Of a stretch of DNA of 64,000 nucleotides, positions 1 through 12,874 are shown one piece after another (positions within the stretch are counted from its first letter, which is position 1; the number at the start of each line of letters is the position of its first letter). A program made the position numbers and the translations under genes. The DNA comes from Camelus ferus. Lineage: Eukaryota. The notes under the pieces were generated by a model. That model was not told where the DNA came from. It ran no database searches and saw only the letters and a program-made list of their open reading frames with translations. The stretch is taken from contig NC_045697.1 in the NCBI RefSeq assembly GCF_009834535.1, forward strand, positions 85,686,001-85,750,000, in the 5' to 3' direction.

Positions 1-504
1 AAGGGAGAAGTTTCTGGTAGAACTGGTATTCTGTTCTTAATTCCGGCCAACGTGGAAAGCGTTAATGGTGAGCTGGGAATGACAGAAAGCTTAAGAAGAT
101 TGTCACTGTGAACTCTCAGTGTGAGGTGAGGTGGAACATGCTAGGTGCAGTCAGGTGGTGATTCTAAGCTTCAAGAAACCAAGTTAATGATGTTTAAAAA
201 GGTTCACATGATCTCTTGGACTGAGTTTCTAAAACAGAAACTGGCCAAAGAGGGCTGAGAAGCTCTAAAATTTAAATTCTTACAATACAGTAGCAGAGTA
301 TCACAATGAGGAAAAAAAAAAGAAGCAGTCACAGAATACCATAGGATGCATAAAACCAATATTCTGAACTCTCCTGCAGAGCAGAGATTCATTTGATTGT
401 GAGGGATGATATATATGTATATAAATGAACAGATATAAAAACTTCTAAGAATGGGCCTAGAATAAACTAATTTTTGTGAAAAGTGTTTACAGTAAAAAAG
501 AAAA

Positions 505-1292
505 AGAAAGATGCTCAACATCACTAATCATTAGGCAAATACAAATCAAAATCACAATGAAATACCATTCACTCCCATTAGGATGTCTACTATTAAAAAA
601 AAAAAAACAGAAGATAACAAGTGTTGGTGAGAATGTAAATTAATTGGAACCATTGGGCACTGTTGGTAGGAATGTAAAATTGTACAACCACTATTAAAAA
701 AAGTATGATGATTCCTCAAAAATTAAAAATAGAATGACCACATGACCCAGCAATTCTACTTCTGGGTAAATGTCCAAAAGAATTGAAAGCAAGGTCTTGA
801 AGAGCTATTTGTATACCCATGTTTAGAGCAGCATTATTCACAAAAACAAAAAGGTGGAAACAGCTCAAGTGTCCATCGATGGATAGGTGGATAAACAAAA
901 TTGGTATAGACATACCATGGGATATTATTCAGCCTTAAAAAGGAAGGAAATTCTGATGCATGCTACAACAAGGATGAACCTTGAGGAATTCTGCTAAGTG
1001 AAATAAGCCAGTCACAAAAAGACATGCTATATGGTTCACTTATCTGAGGTACCTATAGTAGTCAATTTCATAGAGATAGAATGTAGAATGGCTGTTGCCA
1101 GGAGTTAGGGGTACAGAGGATGGAGAGCTGCCATTTAACAGGTATAGAGTTTCAGTTTTGCAAGATGTAAAGAATTCTGAAGATTGGTTGCACAACAATG
1201 TGAATGTACTATCACTACTGAACTGTACACTTCAAAATGGTTAAAATAGTAAATTTTATGTTATGTATATTTGATCACAGTTTTTAAAAAAG
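505..1292 (+). mobile_element. Old LINE-1 (L1MB/L1MC-like), 5'-truncated: ORF2 C-terminus and 3'UTR
   Basis: 'aaagatgctcaacatcactaatcattagg..caaatcaaaatcacaatgaaatacca' is the L1 ORF2 end; terminates in 'aaaatggttaaaatagtaaattttatgttatgtatattt..ttttaaaaaa', typical of an L1M 3' end. Confidence 0.9.
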
Positions 1293-1354
1293 GAAACAAT
1301 TGCATACATAATATCATTAGAACTATGCTTTATCTGCATTATTTTATTTTATTT

Positions 1355-1520
1355 TTGCAATAACCATATGAGGCAGGGTTATTATTCTCATTTTATAAAT
1401 GAAAAAGGAGGGCGTAGAGAATATTCTGAAACTTGTTCCAGGTGACACAGCTGCAAACTGGTTGTTAGTTTCTCAAAATTCCAGGTGGTCAGACACTTAA
1501 ACCTGTGCTCTCCTTACTAC
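1355..1520 (-). mobile_element. MIR SINE
   Basis: 'ttattattctcattttataaatgaaaaa..acttgttccaggtgacacagct' resembles the reverse MIR core. Confidence 0.7.
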
Positions 1521-2614
1521 AGAGCAAAAAGCTGTAAACTTATTAGGAAAAAAACAAAAAGAAGGAGAGGCAGAGGATAGAGCCATGAGGTTGGTAATGA
1601 AGAAAGCCAGGCAGGTATCTATACCAGCAAGCCTAGATTATAGGAAGCTACAGCAACTAATCACAATATTTATCTACCAGCTTTCTGACAAGAAGGGAGT
1701 TAGGACCAAAAGGAAATTATTCAAAAAAGAAAGGAAGCATAGTGGTATGCCTGGAGAGATCAAGCTTTTTCTGGCTTTGAACTCTGGGAGGAATACACCA
1801 CATAAATCTTTATATAAGAAACACTGAAGTACATAATGAATGAGGTCTTCAGTAGCAATGGACATTCTGCATGTAACCATTCATAATAGTAAATGATGCA
1901 AGCTGATGACATAATTCAAGTCGTAGTTCTATAAAATGATTTTTATGGAAAACCAGAATAATAAAATGCAGGTATGCTGCTTTCTGGTGATTTGACTTGA
2001 TAGGAGAAAGCTCAGGGAATGTATTGCTATTCATGTCTCATAAATGACCAGCCCTGAATATAAATTGTAGTAGTCAGGCTTTGGACAGGAGCTGTATAGG
2101 AAATGGCTCTAAACTGAGATAAATGAGATAATCTCTGCTGTCGATTGAAAAGAGATCCATGTGCTCTGGACACAGCATATTCACCAGTTAGTGGATTTAT
2201 TATGAAAGTTAAGGGGCTGAGCTGTGTTGTCCTAGTGTTCATGTGGGCCCCCTCCCCTGATTCTACACGGAGGTCAGCAACAGACTATGTAGCTGGAAAG
2301 CATAAGGAGATCTAACTTAATAAATGTGGCTGAAGAACTGCCACTGAAAATTCTTAGGAAATCAGAAGATGAAGCAAAACTGTGTAGACGAGACATAGGT
2401 AAATTCTCCATTTCCCCAAGAAGACAAATGGAGATTTAAAACCATAAATTTGAGGCCAGCTCCAGTAAAATTCTAGAGTAACTTAATCCAGGGAGGGGGA
2501 TTATCAACACTGGTTTTTTAAATTAAGAACAAGTTTTGTCAAAGTACCATTTTTTTTTTTTTAAGTGTTGCTAGACTAACAGCAGACCACATGGTCAGGA
2601 AATACCTTGTTCAT

Positions 2615-2810
2615 CCATGAATCTGTCACTCATTACCTGCAGGGCCCAAGTGACTTTTTTATCCTGTCTAAGCCTCAGTTTCCTTGATTAAAACCTGGGG
2701 ATTATAATTCCTATTTAAGGGTCCTATTGTGAACAGTAAGCAAAATAATTTATGTCAGTTGTTTAGCACGTTGCCTAACAAAAAGTGATTCATAAACATT
2801 AGCTATTGTG
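2615..2810 (+). mobile_element. MIR SINE
   Basis: 'tctaagcctcagtttcctt..ggggattataattccta..tttagcacgttgcctaaca..ataaacattagctatt'. Confidence 0.75.
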
Positions 2811-3361
2811 ACTTTTTTCTGTCAAAATAAAAAAGCAAGCGTAGGTTTAAAACAATGTTAAGACTCCAAACCCTCAGGAAATGTTTTCATTTTCATGAAA
2901 ATTCTTTCTTTGTCCCTATATGTAGTCACTGAAGTGTAACTTCATTTCACAGTCTCCTAAGATTCATTCTTTCAAACACAAATGTCATTTAAGGATTCGA
3001 CCAATAAAAGAGCACGAGTGATATTGTAGCTGAATGTTAGGGAGGTTTTAAGGTCCTTCTAGGGAACTTTTACACTGAAGTTGTAACCTCCCAAATGTTT
3101 AGCTGACATGTCCGCAAGTTAAGCTTTAATAAAACTAAGATTTCACACAATACATTGCTGAAGGAATAAATGAATAATAATATGATTCAATTTAATACAT
3201 GCAATAATATGTGTGCATAGTAAATGATGAGGTGATAAAAGGTTAACGGTGGTTATTTCTGAGTTGAATAAGTACAGATTTTTTTTAGTTTGTTTTGATT
3301 ATAAGTATTTTCTATTTTTCCTATTATATATATAAATGGGGAATTTTTTACATTTATGCTA

Positions 3362-3651
3362 TTTTATTTTATTTATTTTTTATTGAAGTATAGTCACCTT
3401 ACAATGTGTTAATTTCTGGTGTACAGCATAGTGATTCAGTTATACATATTTATTCCTTTTCATATTCTTTTTCATTATAGGTTGTTACAAGGTATTGAAT
3501 ATAGTTTCCTGTGCTATACAGTAGGACCTTGCTGCTTATCTATTTTATATATATAGTACTTAGTATCTGCAAATCCCAAACTCCCAATTTATCCCTCCAC
3601 TGTCCCCTTCCCCCCATTACTACTGTAAGTTTGTTTTCTATGTCTGTGAGT
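3362..3651 (-). mobile_element. Artiodactyl-type LINE-1 3'UTR fragment (heavily 5'-truncated)
   Basis: T-rich tail, then 'ttattgaagtatagtc..tacaatgtgttaatttctggtgtacagcatagtgattcagttatacat..tttgttttctatgtctgtgagt'; homologous to the L1 3' ends at 34655 and 48825. Confidence 0.9.
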
Positions 3652-3982
3652 GGAAATATTTTGAATTTTCAGAAGTAGAAAGATCAGGAATGTCAAAATC
3701 TAAAATTTTTATAATTGGATATGGACATGCTTAGAATGTATTTGTTTAAATTTTCTAGCCAATTGCGATAGAAATCATAGTCTTTAGCCTTAAGAAAAAA
3801 TTATAAATATATTTCAGAATATCCATTTATTTATTCATCAAACACACATTATTCCCAAGATATGCCACATGCTATGTTATATATTAGTAATAGAATAATA
3901 TTAGATACAGTGTAATTCTGAGTGGCAGAGCCTCTTGGCCTTTCTAGAAAAGAACAGAATCCTAAATTTTCCTAAGTCAGAA

Positions 3983-4120
3983 GTTCTTAGTCTTGGAGAC
4001 ACATTAGATTCCTCTGGGGAGCCCTTAACAACGCCAATGCCCTGGCCCCACCTGCAGACACTCTAGTTTAATTAGAGGTGATTCAGGTGACTCTAATATG
4101 CAACCACAGCCTGAAGATGG
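3983..4120. mobile_element. MER5-like hAT-Charlie DNA transposon remnant
   Basis: 'cacattagattcctctggggagccctt..caggtgactctaatatgcaacca', the MER5 imperfect-palindrome pattern. Confidence 0.65.
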
Positions 4121-4599
4121 GGTATTGAAACTGACAGATTAGGGATATGAGGATGGATGAAGGGAAGGGGGACCCTCAGGAGGAGGCTGGGCAGTGATGG
4201 CAGAAGCAGATGAGGGATGCCGAGTGCACGGGAAAGAATGACGCCCAGTGATACCTAAGAAATGACTGTGTACCTGCTTACAGGTGTGCCCTATGTGAAT
4301 GTGGCTTTTAAATGTTTTACTCAAAAGGACCTGGCCCCTTTAACAAAGGAGAACTCTCTGCCAGCCATTCTGAGACAGGTGGGGAAAACTGCTGGAAGCT
4401 TGTGACCTAGTCCCGTAAAAACAAAATTCCATGTGCATACAAGTAATCTATCACCAATCCCAGCTTCAGTGGAGAGAAGCCTGCCAAACCTCAGTTCAAA
4501 TGGGACTCGGAGGTGGGCCAGGCTAGAAAAGGCCAAAAAAAACACACCAAAACCCCAGGGGCAGAGAAGGTCACTGTTGGGCAAGTCTCAGCAATCTAC

Positions 4600-5403
4600 A
4601 GTGAAGCAAAAGACATCCAGGAAGATTGGCGAACAGATTCCAAGACACCTTGCGATAGGTCTAGGGCCACGAGAGTAGGCTGTGGGTATCGCGAGATCTG
4701 GCAGAAGGAGGGCAGTCCAGGCTGGGGCTGATATTACGGTCTTAACCTACAGACCCCAGAGGGACAAAGGGCCAGTATCTCAGGTTGGGGCCTGCATCAG
4801 AGGCTGAAACCTGAAGGTCAGTGTGGAAAACAGAAAAACAGAGATAGTTCTTTGCTACAGCGAAGAATGAGATCACCGAAGTAAGTCAACAGCCTGTTTG
4901 AGTCGGGACCCCCAGCCATCTTGGTTGGCAGCAGCCGCAGTTAAATGGCCACAGCTGCAGGCCCTCCAGGGCCCTGTATCAGAGAGCCCTGAGGCAGAGT
5001 GGAAATAGCTCCGAGGAGGACGGAGCAGGCAGAGGTTCCTCCTTCCTGGGCCCTAGGTGAGGGACAGCCCCTCTCTGCCCAGCGCTGCACACCAGAGGAA
5101 GGTAAGTTCCTCTCCCTGGATCTTGCTGGTCCCTGAGCAGTTTGTTTCTGTGCTGAACGTGGGTGTTAGAAATACTGAAAGACGGTAAATGCGGAATGTT
5201 GGGAGGGCAGTTAGCGGGGTAAGAAGGCTTGCAACACAGGAGAGAGCTACCAGGGAGCATCTTACACGGGGCTGCAAGTGAGAGAAAAAGAGGTGTGTTT
5301 GTTGGTTTGTTTTGGGGGAAGAATCACTTATTTATTGAAGAGAATGAGAAATTGTCAATGTCAACAGATGGTTTTAAGCTGAAGTCCCTGGTACACGGTA
5401 TGT
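4600..5403 (+). promoter_or_regulatory. Candidate promoter / first-exon region of an unidentified + strand transcript
   Basis: No repeat recognised; GC-richer with more retained CpGs than the flanks (not a clear CpG island). Consensus donor AAG|GTAAGT at 5101/5102; second donor ACG|GTATGT at 5397/5398 preceded by an ATG at 5358. Confidence 0.3.
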
Positions 5404-5639
5404 GGTTTCATTTCAGTTAAATAAACGTTGGAGAAAGGTTTGTCTGACAGTAGAACAATAAAAAATAGAATTAGATCAAGCAGTTACTAACAAAAGCTGA
5501 CCTTTATTTAAGAAGTTTTCTATTATCAATGTATTTCTTTACGTAAGCACTTAAAATTGCGCCTCCGATTGCCTACAGCCGCCACTGCTACAACTACTCT
5601 ATTTAAAAACAAACATTTCATATGCAGAATGATGGTTAT

Positions 5640-5845
5640 GAGCCAAACTGTTAGAACAAAAATCAAGATTTTGCCGCTTGGAACGTGGCTGACTTTGAAC
5701 AACTTGCTTATTTCTGTCCCTTATTTCCATCAGCTCTAACATAGAAAAAAACCAGAATCGTAGTGAAGATTAGGTGAGGTTATATTGATGTTTACAGCAG
5801 TGCCTGGTACTAGCAGGTTCAGTATAACTAGAATTTGCTATTATA
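5640..5845 (+). mobile_element. MIR SINE (diverged)
   Basis: 'tgactttgaacaacttgcttatttctgtcccttatttcc..gtgaagattaggtgag..agcagtgcctggtac..gctattat'. Confidence 0.6.
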
Positions 5846-5881
5846 AGTCTAATTAGGTATTTCTAAAATCTCCCTGTAAAT

Positions 5882-6057
5882 CAGTAGTTTCCAAGTTCAG
5901 CTCCGTGTTGGGATCTCCTGGGGAACTTTAAGATGTCTGACACCTGGATCCCATTCCCTGCGCTACTAATGTAACTAATTTGGAAACAGCCTGGGCATCA
6001 GATAATATAAAAGCTCCCTAGGTGACTCTAATGAATAATCAAGTTTGAGAATCACTA
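5882..6057. mobile_element. MER5A/B hAT-Charlie MITE, near full length
   Basis: Ends 'cagtagtttccaag' and 'tttgagaatcacta'; internal 'cctgggcatc..aaagctccctaggtgactctaatg'; ~176 bp. Confidence 0.8.
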
Positions 6058-7094
6058 ATATAAATAATGACTCCCTTGCTTTAAAATAGTAAAGTTACAT
6101 TTAATTAAATAGGTCATTTTTATAGTAGATAAGTTTAGTCTATCTACTAATGACAGCTAACCAAACTGCATCTATAAAACCAAAGAAAGAATGAGCTTTG
6201 CGACCAAGATTTGGGAGGTGCTTGAGTTCATAATGCTTGCTTTATGGATTCTCATACTATGAGAAAAACCATAAAAACCATGCAAACCAATAAATAATTG
6301 CCAAATTGATGGAGCAAGGGATCATTTTAGCTGATGCTTTAAGGGAGCCACAAGGGGGAAAGTTCCTCTCTCCTGAGGATGGTGTGTGTACTCATGCAAA
6401 GACTGTACTCAAACTTTTATTATTCATGTGAATTTGTTGATGATGAGGGTAACACGATTTCTGATATTCCTATGAATATGTAGCCCACATGCTACTGGTT
6501 TAAATAGAGATTCTCCTCCAAGAGCCACTTCTACAAAAATAGTTTTCCAGGAAATGCCAGAGTGTCAGAGAATGGGAAATCAGTTTTTAATCTCAGAGTC
6601 TGGGTAACAAATAGTTCTTTGGCCAAAGGGAGTTTAAAGTGTTTGTATCACCCGTGAGCACAGCAGAATCCAATGACTGTAGAGAGATCACAGCCGAAAA
6701 ATCGTTGCAGACATGAAGGGGTTCAGGTGAGAGAGTTTGGGAGCTGCAGAATTCCTGAGGTTGGTAAGCAAGGCAGGCAGCCAGAATTTTGTGCAGTGTT
6801 CTGGAAGGAAGCAACGTATTTTCAGAGAAATTGATTGCATGCTGCTTAAAGACCAAATTTGGAACAAGAAATAAAGGCTGAGAAGTTTTCTGGTTTGTGT
6901 CAGGAACTCTGAAGGTACTGATGTAAGGGAAGAGTCCTTTGGCCACATTGGTCAAAGGCAATGGCTAGTTTTTGAATGAGGTGATAGCGGTCACCCACAC
7001 CTCCTGTACAACCTCCTTGTATATCCTGTATATCAGTCAATGTGTTTAATTTCTATCACAGAAGAAATTTACAGTCAGCCTCATTAAGTCCATG

Positions 7095-7300
7095 CGAGAG
7101 GCAATACCGTATAGCAAGTCCAGCATGGCTGATGCAGATGTCCTAGGTTTGAATCCTGGCTCTCCCATTTACCCACTGGGGGAGCATGGGCATTTTTTTC
7201 ATCTGTAAAATAGAGACCATAAAAGTTGCTTTCTCTCAAAAGCTATTATGAAGGTTAAAGGAATTTGTATTTGTAAGCCACCTGGAAGAATGCCTTCACA
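7095..7300 (+). mobile_element. MIR SINE
   Basis: 'ctaggtttgaatcctggctctcccatttac..ttcatctgtaaaatagag'. Confidence 0.75.
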
Positions 7301-9279
7301 CTGCTATACAAATATGTCTGACATGAGAAAATCTTCATTAAGCCTCAAATTAGAAATTCCCTTCTGAATTTGTTATTTGTAGGCATGTTCCTGGGTCAAG
7401 TGTCTACCTGATAATTAAAGTCCCAACTCTGGCATTCGGAAATGGGGAAAATACAGTAAGCCATGCTTCTTTTAGAAATATGTTTTGCCAGGATTATCTC
7501 TACCTGAATGAGGACTGTGTTTTAATAGCTACTTAAAGGATATCTGGATGACAGTCAGGATGCAATTTGAGCATATTATTTGTCTCTTACTCTTATACCA
7601 GGAAAATAGGCTGTGAATAAACTTCCTTGGATTTCTAGAACAGCACATGACATTCATTCATTCATCTTCAAAACTGTGCAGTGTTTGTTTTGGCTGGTTG
7701 GTAGGTTTGCTAATTTGCTTGTCTGGTTTTTATGTTTATTGTTCAGCTTTTTTACAATCTGATGAAGGGACATGAAGTTGCAGAAGCCTATGCCTTTCAG
7801 ATTTTCTGGGGTTGGCAATGCTCAGAGCAGAGACAGCTCTTTCAATCATGGGTCTTGGCCAGTGTCTGCTACTGGGAAAAATGGACACACAGTCCTAAGG
7901 GGCCAGTATTTCTATATCATATAGAAGCTGGAATTCACCTGGATCTGTAGCTTGGACTCAAAGGAGTTACCCAGTAACATCCTACTCCCGAAGTGCTCTG
8001 GTTAACTGGTGATAAGCTTTATCTTTGATGGGTCAGTGACTTTCTCAGCATGTTTAGTGGCAAAATACTTTTGCTACCATGTCTTAAAAAATGACTGAGA
8101 ATCATCATGGTAGAAGGATGGCTGTAACCAGCTTCTCTGGCTACCCCTGCCTGGAAAAGTAGGAAAGGAATATATGACAGCACCATGCCTTCTGGGTGGC
8201 ATAAACATTGATACGCTCCCACTTGGGATTTTAATGTGTACAATACAAATGTCATTAAAAATCTGAGTCAACACATCCCAGGATTTCCAGGGACCTTTCC
8301 AGAAGAGCATTTGGCCTAGAGCCCCACTACTCCAGACTGCACCCCCACCCCTTTGCTTTTCTCTTTCCAGCTAGACTTGCAGGGTAGGTTTGTGTGAAAA
8401 CACTTGGAAATTGAATACTATATCAAATAAAACAGCTCCAACTTTACTTTATTTTATTAAAAAAAATCACAAGAGTGGATTGTTGAGTTTGAGCTGTGAA
8501 TAGATGTGTTGGGGAGCCTTCAAGGTCTCAATGCTGATCAGCCTACTGAGTTTATCCCAAAGTGGACTGAAAAGTTTATGGAATCTGGTCAGTTGGAGGC
8601 TGTGCTACGTGGATTGCCTAACCCAGCCCATTACATTTTATTTTTTAGACACAAAATTTCCCTTTTAGGTTATTATCCATCATTTGTTTTCTTGCCTGTG
8701 GTGACAGTTAACTGGGCTCCTGCAGCACTGGAAATCCAACAGAAACACGCAACACATTCTTGTTTTGTATTATGCTCTGAGCTCTGCTTCTAAGTCCCAA
8801 GCAAACCCTCATCAACCTAAATTGACACATTCCCATTCTTCCTTAGAGGATGGTAAGTTCATTACTAAAATAAGACTGTGGAAAATTTTTGCAGTAGAGC
8901 CTGTTTTTATCCTAATTTTATATTTTACTTTTACAAAGCATCTAATATTATCAAGTGTTAAGTATTTAAAAGTACACTGCAAAATTGTATGAATTTATTA
9001 GTGTCTTGACTTTATGCATCTACACATATTTAAAATACACATCCATTACTTGGAAGTCTAGAAACATGTGTTTTGATTCTCAAAGGGTGTTTTGAAACAG
9101 TCATCAAATGCTGCTCTCATCTTCAGAGTTCACTGATAATTTCTAGCTTCTGTGTATCTACCACGGGATCCTAGGTACTACTTGATCGTGTTTGGATTGT
9201 TTTCATTTACATTGTTATTTTTATCTTCGTGTCGACTCTGTAAGGAGGCAGTTACGGAGGCTATGCCGCTACCTGTTCA

Positions 9280-9495
9280 TGCATAGCCGTTAAGGCTGTG
9301 AAGTCCCATTTTCTGGGTTCAAATCTTAGTTGTCATTTACTTGCTATGAAATTTGAGCAGATTGTTTTTGTCTGTCTCTTCATCACAAAATGGAAATGTA
9401 ACAGTATTTACCTCATAGGCTTTTGAATTATTTCATATAAAGTCTTTTTACAGGGCCTGACACATGATAAACAATCAACAAATGTTAGCTATTAT
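9280..9495 (+). mobile_element. MIR SINE
   Basis: 'ctgggttcaaatcttagt..aaaatggaaatgtaacagtatttacctcataggc..cctgacacat..aaatgttagctattatt'. Confidence 0.75.
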
Positions 9496-11489
9496 TTAAA
9501 ATTATGGAAACTAAGATCCAGACAGTGACTTACTAGTCTTGTCATGAATTAGTGAAGATTGGTCTTGATACAAAGTCTGAAGTGCCTCTCCCAGTTTCAA
9601 CCATCATTATTTGAATTCCCAAAGTACAAATGCTGGTTTCTTTCTATATTTATGGATAGTACTTGGTTTTGTATTTGTGGGGTTTTTTAAAATTGAAGTA
9701 TAGCTCGTGTATACTAGTTGAAATATGAGTTACAGGTATACAATATGGTGATTCACAATTTTTAAAGGTTATACTTCATTAATAGTTACTATAAAATATT
9801 AGATATATTTCCTGTGTTGTACAATTTATCTTTGTAGCTTATGTTATATATAATAGTTTTTATCTCTTGATCCCCTACCCTTCTATTACCCCACCCCCTT
9901 CCATCTCCCCCCGATAACCACTAGTTTATTCTCTACATCTGTGCTTCTGCTCCTTTTTGTTATATTCTCTAGTTTGTTGTATTTTTTAGATTCCACATAA
10001 AAGTGATATCATATAGTATTTGTCTTTCTGTCTGATTTATTTCATGTAGCATGATACCCTATCGCCTTTATCCATTCATCTGGTGATGGACACTTAGGTT
10101 TGCTTCTATATTTTGGCAATTGTAAATAATGTTACTGTGAACACTGGGGTGTATGTATCTTTTCAAATTAATGTTTACTTTTTTTTTCAGATATATATGC
10201 AGGAATAGAATTGCTGGGTCACATGGTAGTTCTATTTTCAATTTTTTGAGAAACCTCTATGCTGTTTCCCACAGGGGTACACCAATTTACTTTCCCACCA
10301 ACAGTGTTCCCTTGTTCCTTTTTCTCCACATCCTCGCCAACATTTATTTATGTTCATTTTGATAATAGCCATTCTGACAGATGTGAGGCAATATCTCACT
10401 GTGGTTTTGACTTGCATTTCCCTGATGATAAATGATGTTGAGCATCTTTTTTTTGGTCCTTGTTGGCCATCAGTTTATCTTCTTTCTTAAAATGTCTGCT
10501 TATGTCTTCTGAGCATTTTTGATTGGGTTTTTTTGATGAGTTGTATGAAATGTTTATATATTTTGAATATTTACCCCTTATTGATCATATCATTTGCAAA
10601 TATTTTCTCCCATTCAGTAGATTTTCTTTTCATTTTATTGATGGTTTCCTTTGCTATGTAAAAGCTTTTTAGTTTAATTAAGTCCCATTTGTTCATTTTT
10701 GCTTTTATTCCTTTGCTTTAGGAGATCGATCCAAAAAAAATATTGCTATGATTTATGTCAAAGAGTGTTCTGCCTGTGCTCTCCTCTAGGAGTTTTATGG
10801 TTTCTGGTTTTACATATAGGTCTTTAATACATTTTGAGTTTATTTTTGTATGATATTGGAGAATGTTCTAATTTCATTGATTTACAAGTAGCTGTCCAGA
10901 TTTCCCCACACCACTAATTGAAAAGACTGCCTTTTCTCCTTTGTATGTTCTTACCTTTTTTCTGATAGATTAATTGACCATAAGTGGATGGGTTTATTTC
11001 TGGGCTTTCTATCCTGTTCCACTGATCTATGTGTCTGCTTTTGTGCCAGTACCATACTATTGTGATTACTGTGGCTTTGTAGTATAGTCTGAAGTCATGG
11101 AGCATGATTCCTCCAGCTACGCTTTTCTTTCTCAAGATTGTTTTGGCTATGCAGGGTCTTTTGTGTTTCCATACGGATTAGAATTTTTTTTGTACCTGTT
11201 CTGTGGACAATTCCATTGGTAATTTGATAAGGATTACATCGAATCTGTGTATTTTTTTTTGTTCCAGTTCTGTGAAACATGCCATTGGTAGCTTGATAGG
11301 GATTGCGTTGAATCTGTAGATTGCCTTGGGTAGTATGGTCATTTTAACGTTATTAATTCTTATCTCCTCTTAACTTTGGGTTTTATTTGTTCCTTTTTCT
11401 CTAGTTCCTTTAGATATAAAGTTACATTGTTGATTTAAGATTTTTCTTGTTTCCTGAGGTAAGCTTATATTGCTACAAACTTTCCTCTT

Positions 11490-12874
11490 TTTTAAAAAAA
11501 AATTCTTTATTGAATTATAATCATTTTACAATGTTGTGTCAAATTCCAACGTAGGGCACAATTTTTCAGTTATACATGAACATACATATATTCATTGTCA
11601 CATTTTTTTTTTTTTTTGCTGTGAGCTACCGCAAGATGTTGTATATATTTCCCTGTGCTATACAGTATAATCTTGTTTATCTATTCTGCATATGCCTGTC
11701 AGTACCTACAAATTTTGAAATTCCAGTCTGTCCCTTCCCACCCCCCACCCCCTTGGCAACCACAAGTTTGTATTCTATGTCTGTGAGTCTATTTCCGTTT
11801 TGTATTTATGTCTTTTTTTTTTTTAAAGATTCCACATATGAGCGATCTCATATGGTATTTTTCTTTCTCTTTCTGGCTTACTTCGCTTAGAATGACATTC
11901 TCCAGGAACATCCATGTTGCTGCAAATGAAGTTATGTTGTCATTTTTGATGGCCGAATAGTATTCCATTGTATAAATATACCACTTCTCCTTTATCCAGT
12001 CATCTGTCGATGAACATTTAGGCTGTTTCCATGCCTTGGCTATTGTAAATAGTGCTGCTATGAACATTGGGGTGCAGGTGTCATTTTGAAGTAGGGTTCC
12101 TTCTGGATATATGCCCAGGAATGGGATTCCTGGGTCGTATGGTAAGTCTATTCCTAGTCTTTTGAGGAATCTCCATACTGTTTTCCCCAATGGCTGCACC
12201 ATACTGCATTCCCACCAGCAGTGTAGGAGGGTTCCCTTTTCTCCACAGCCTCTCTAGCATTTGTCATTTGTGGATTTTTGAAAGACGGCCATTCTGACTG
12301 GTGTGAGGTGATAGATACCTCATTGTAGTTTTGATTTGCATTTCTCTGATAATTAGTGATACTGACATTTTTTCATGTGCCTATTGATCATTTGTATGTC
12401 TTCCTTGGAGGATTGCTTGTTAAGGTCTTCTGCCCATTTTTGGATTGGGTTGTTTATTTTTTTCTTAAGTCGTATGAGCTGCTTATATATTCTGGAGATC
12501 AAGCCTTTGTAGGTTTCATCATTTGCAAAAATTTTCTCCCATTCCATAGGTTGTCTTTTTGTTTTACTTATGGTTCCCTTTGCTGTGCAGAAGCTTACAA
12601 GTTTCATTAGGTCCCATTTGTTTATTCTTGCTTTTATTTCTATTGCTTGGGTAGACTGCCCTGGGAGAACATTTTTGAGATGTATGTCAGATAATGTTTT
12701 GCCTATATTTTCTTCTAGGAGGTTTATTGTATCTTGTTTTAATGTTTAAGTCTTTGATCCATTTTGAGTTGATTTTTGTGTACGGTGTAAGGGAGTGTTC
12801 TAGCCTCATTGCTTTACATTCTGCTGTCCAGTTTTCCCAACACCATTTGCTGAAGAGACTGTCTATTCCATTGT
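11490..12874 (-). mobile_element. Young 5'-truncated LINE-1 nested in the older L1
   Basis: TSD caaactttcctctt (11476-11489) / caaacttccctctt (12875-12888); ORF2 C-terminal peptides at 11789-12202; highly similar to 19240-20575. Confidence 0.93.

Noticed and set aside
9179..9238. Minus-strand terminal exon SRHEDKNNNVNENNPNTIK* after acceptor gcctccttacag
   Set aside because: No upstream minus-strand exons found, the peptide is low-complexity, and the L1 orientation bias argues against a minus-strand host gene; not formally excluded
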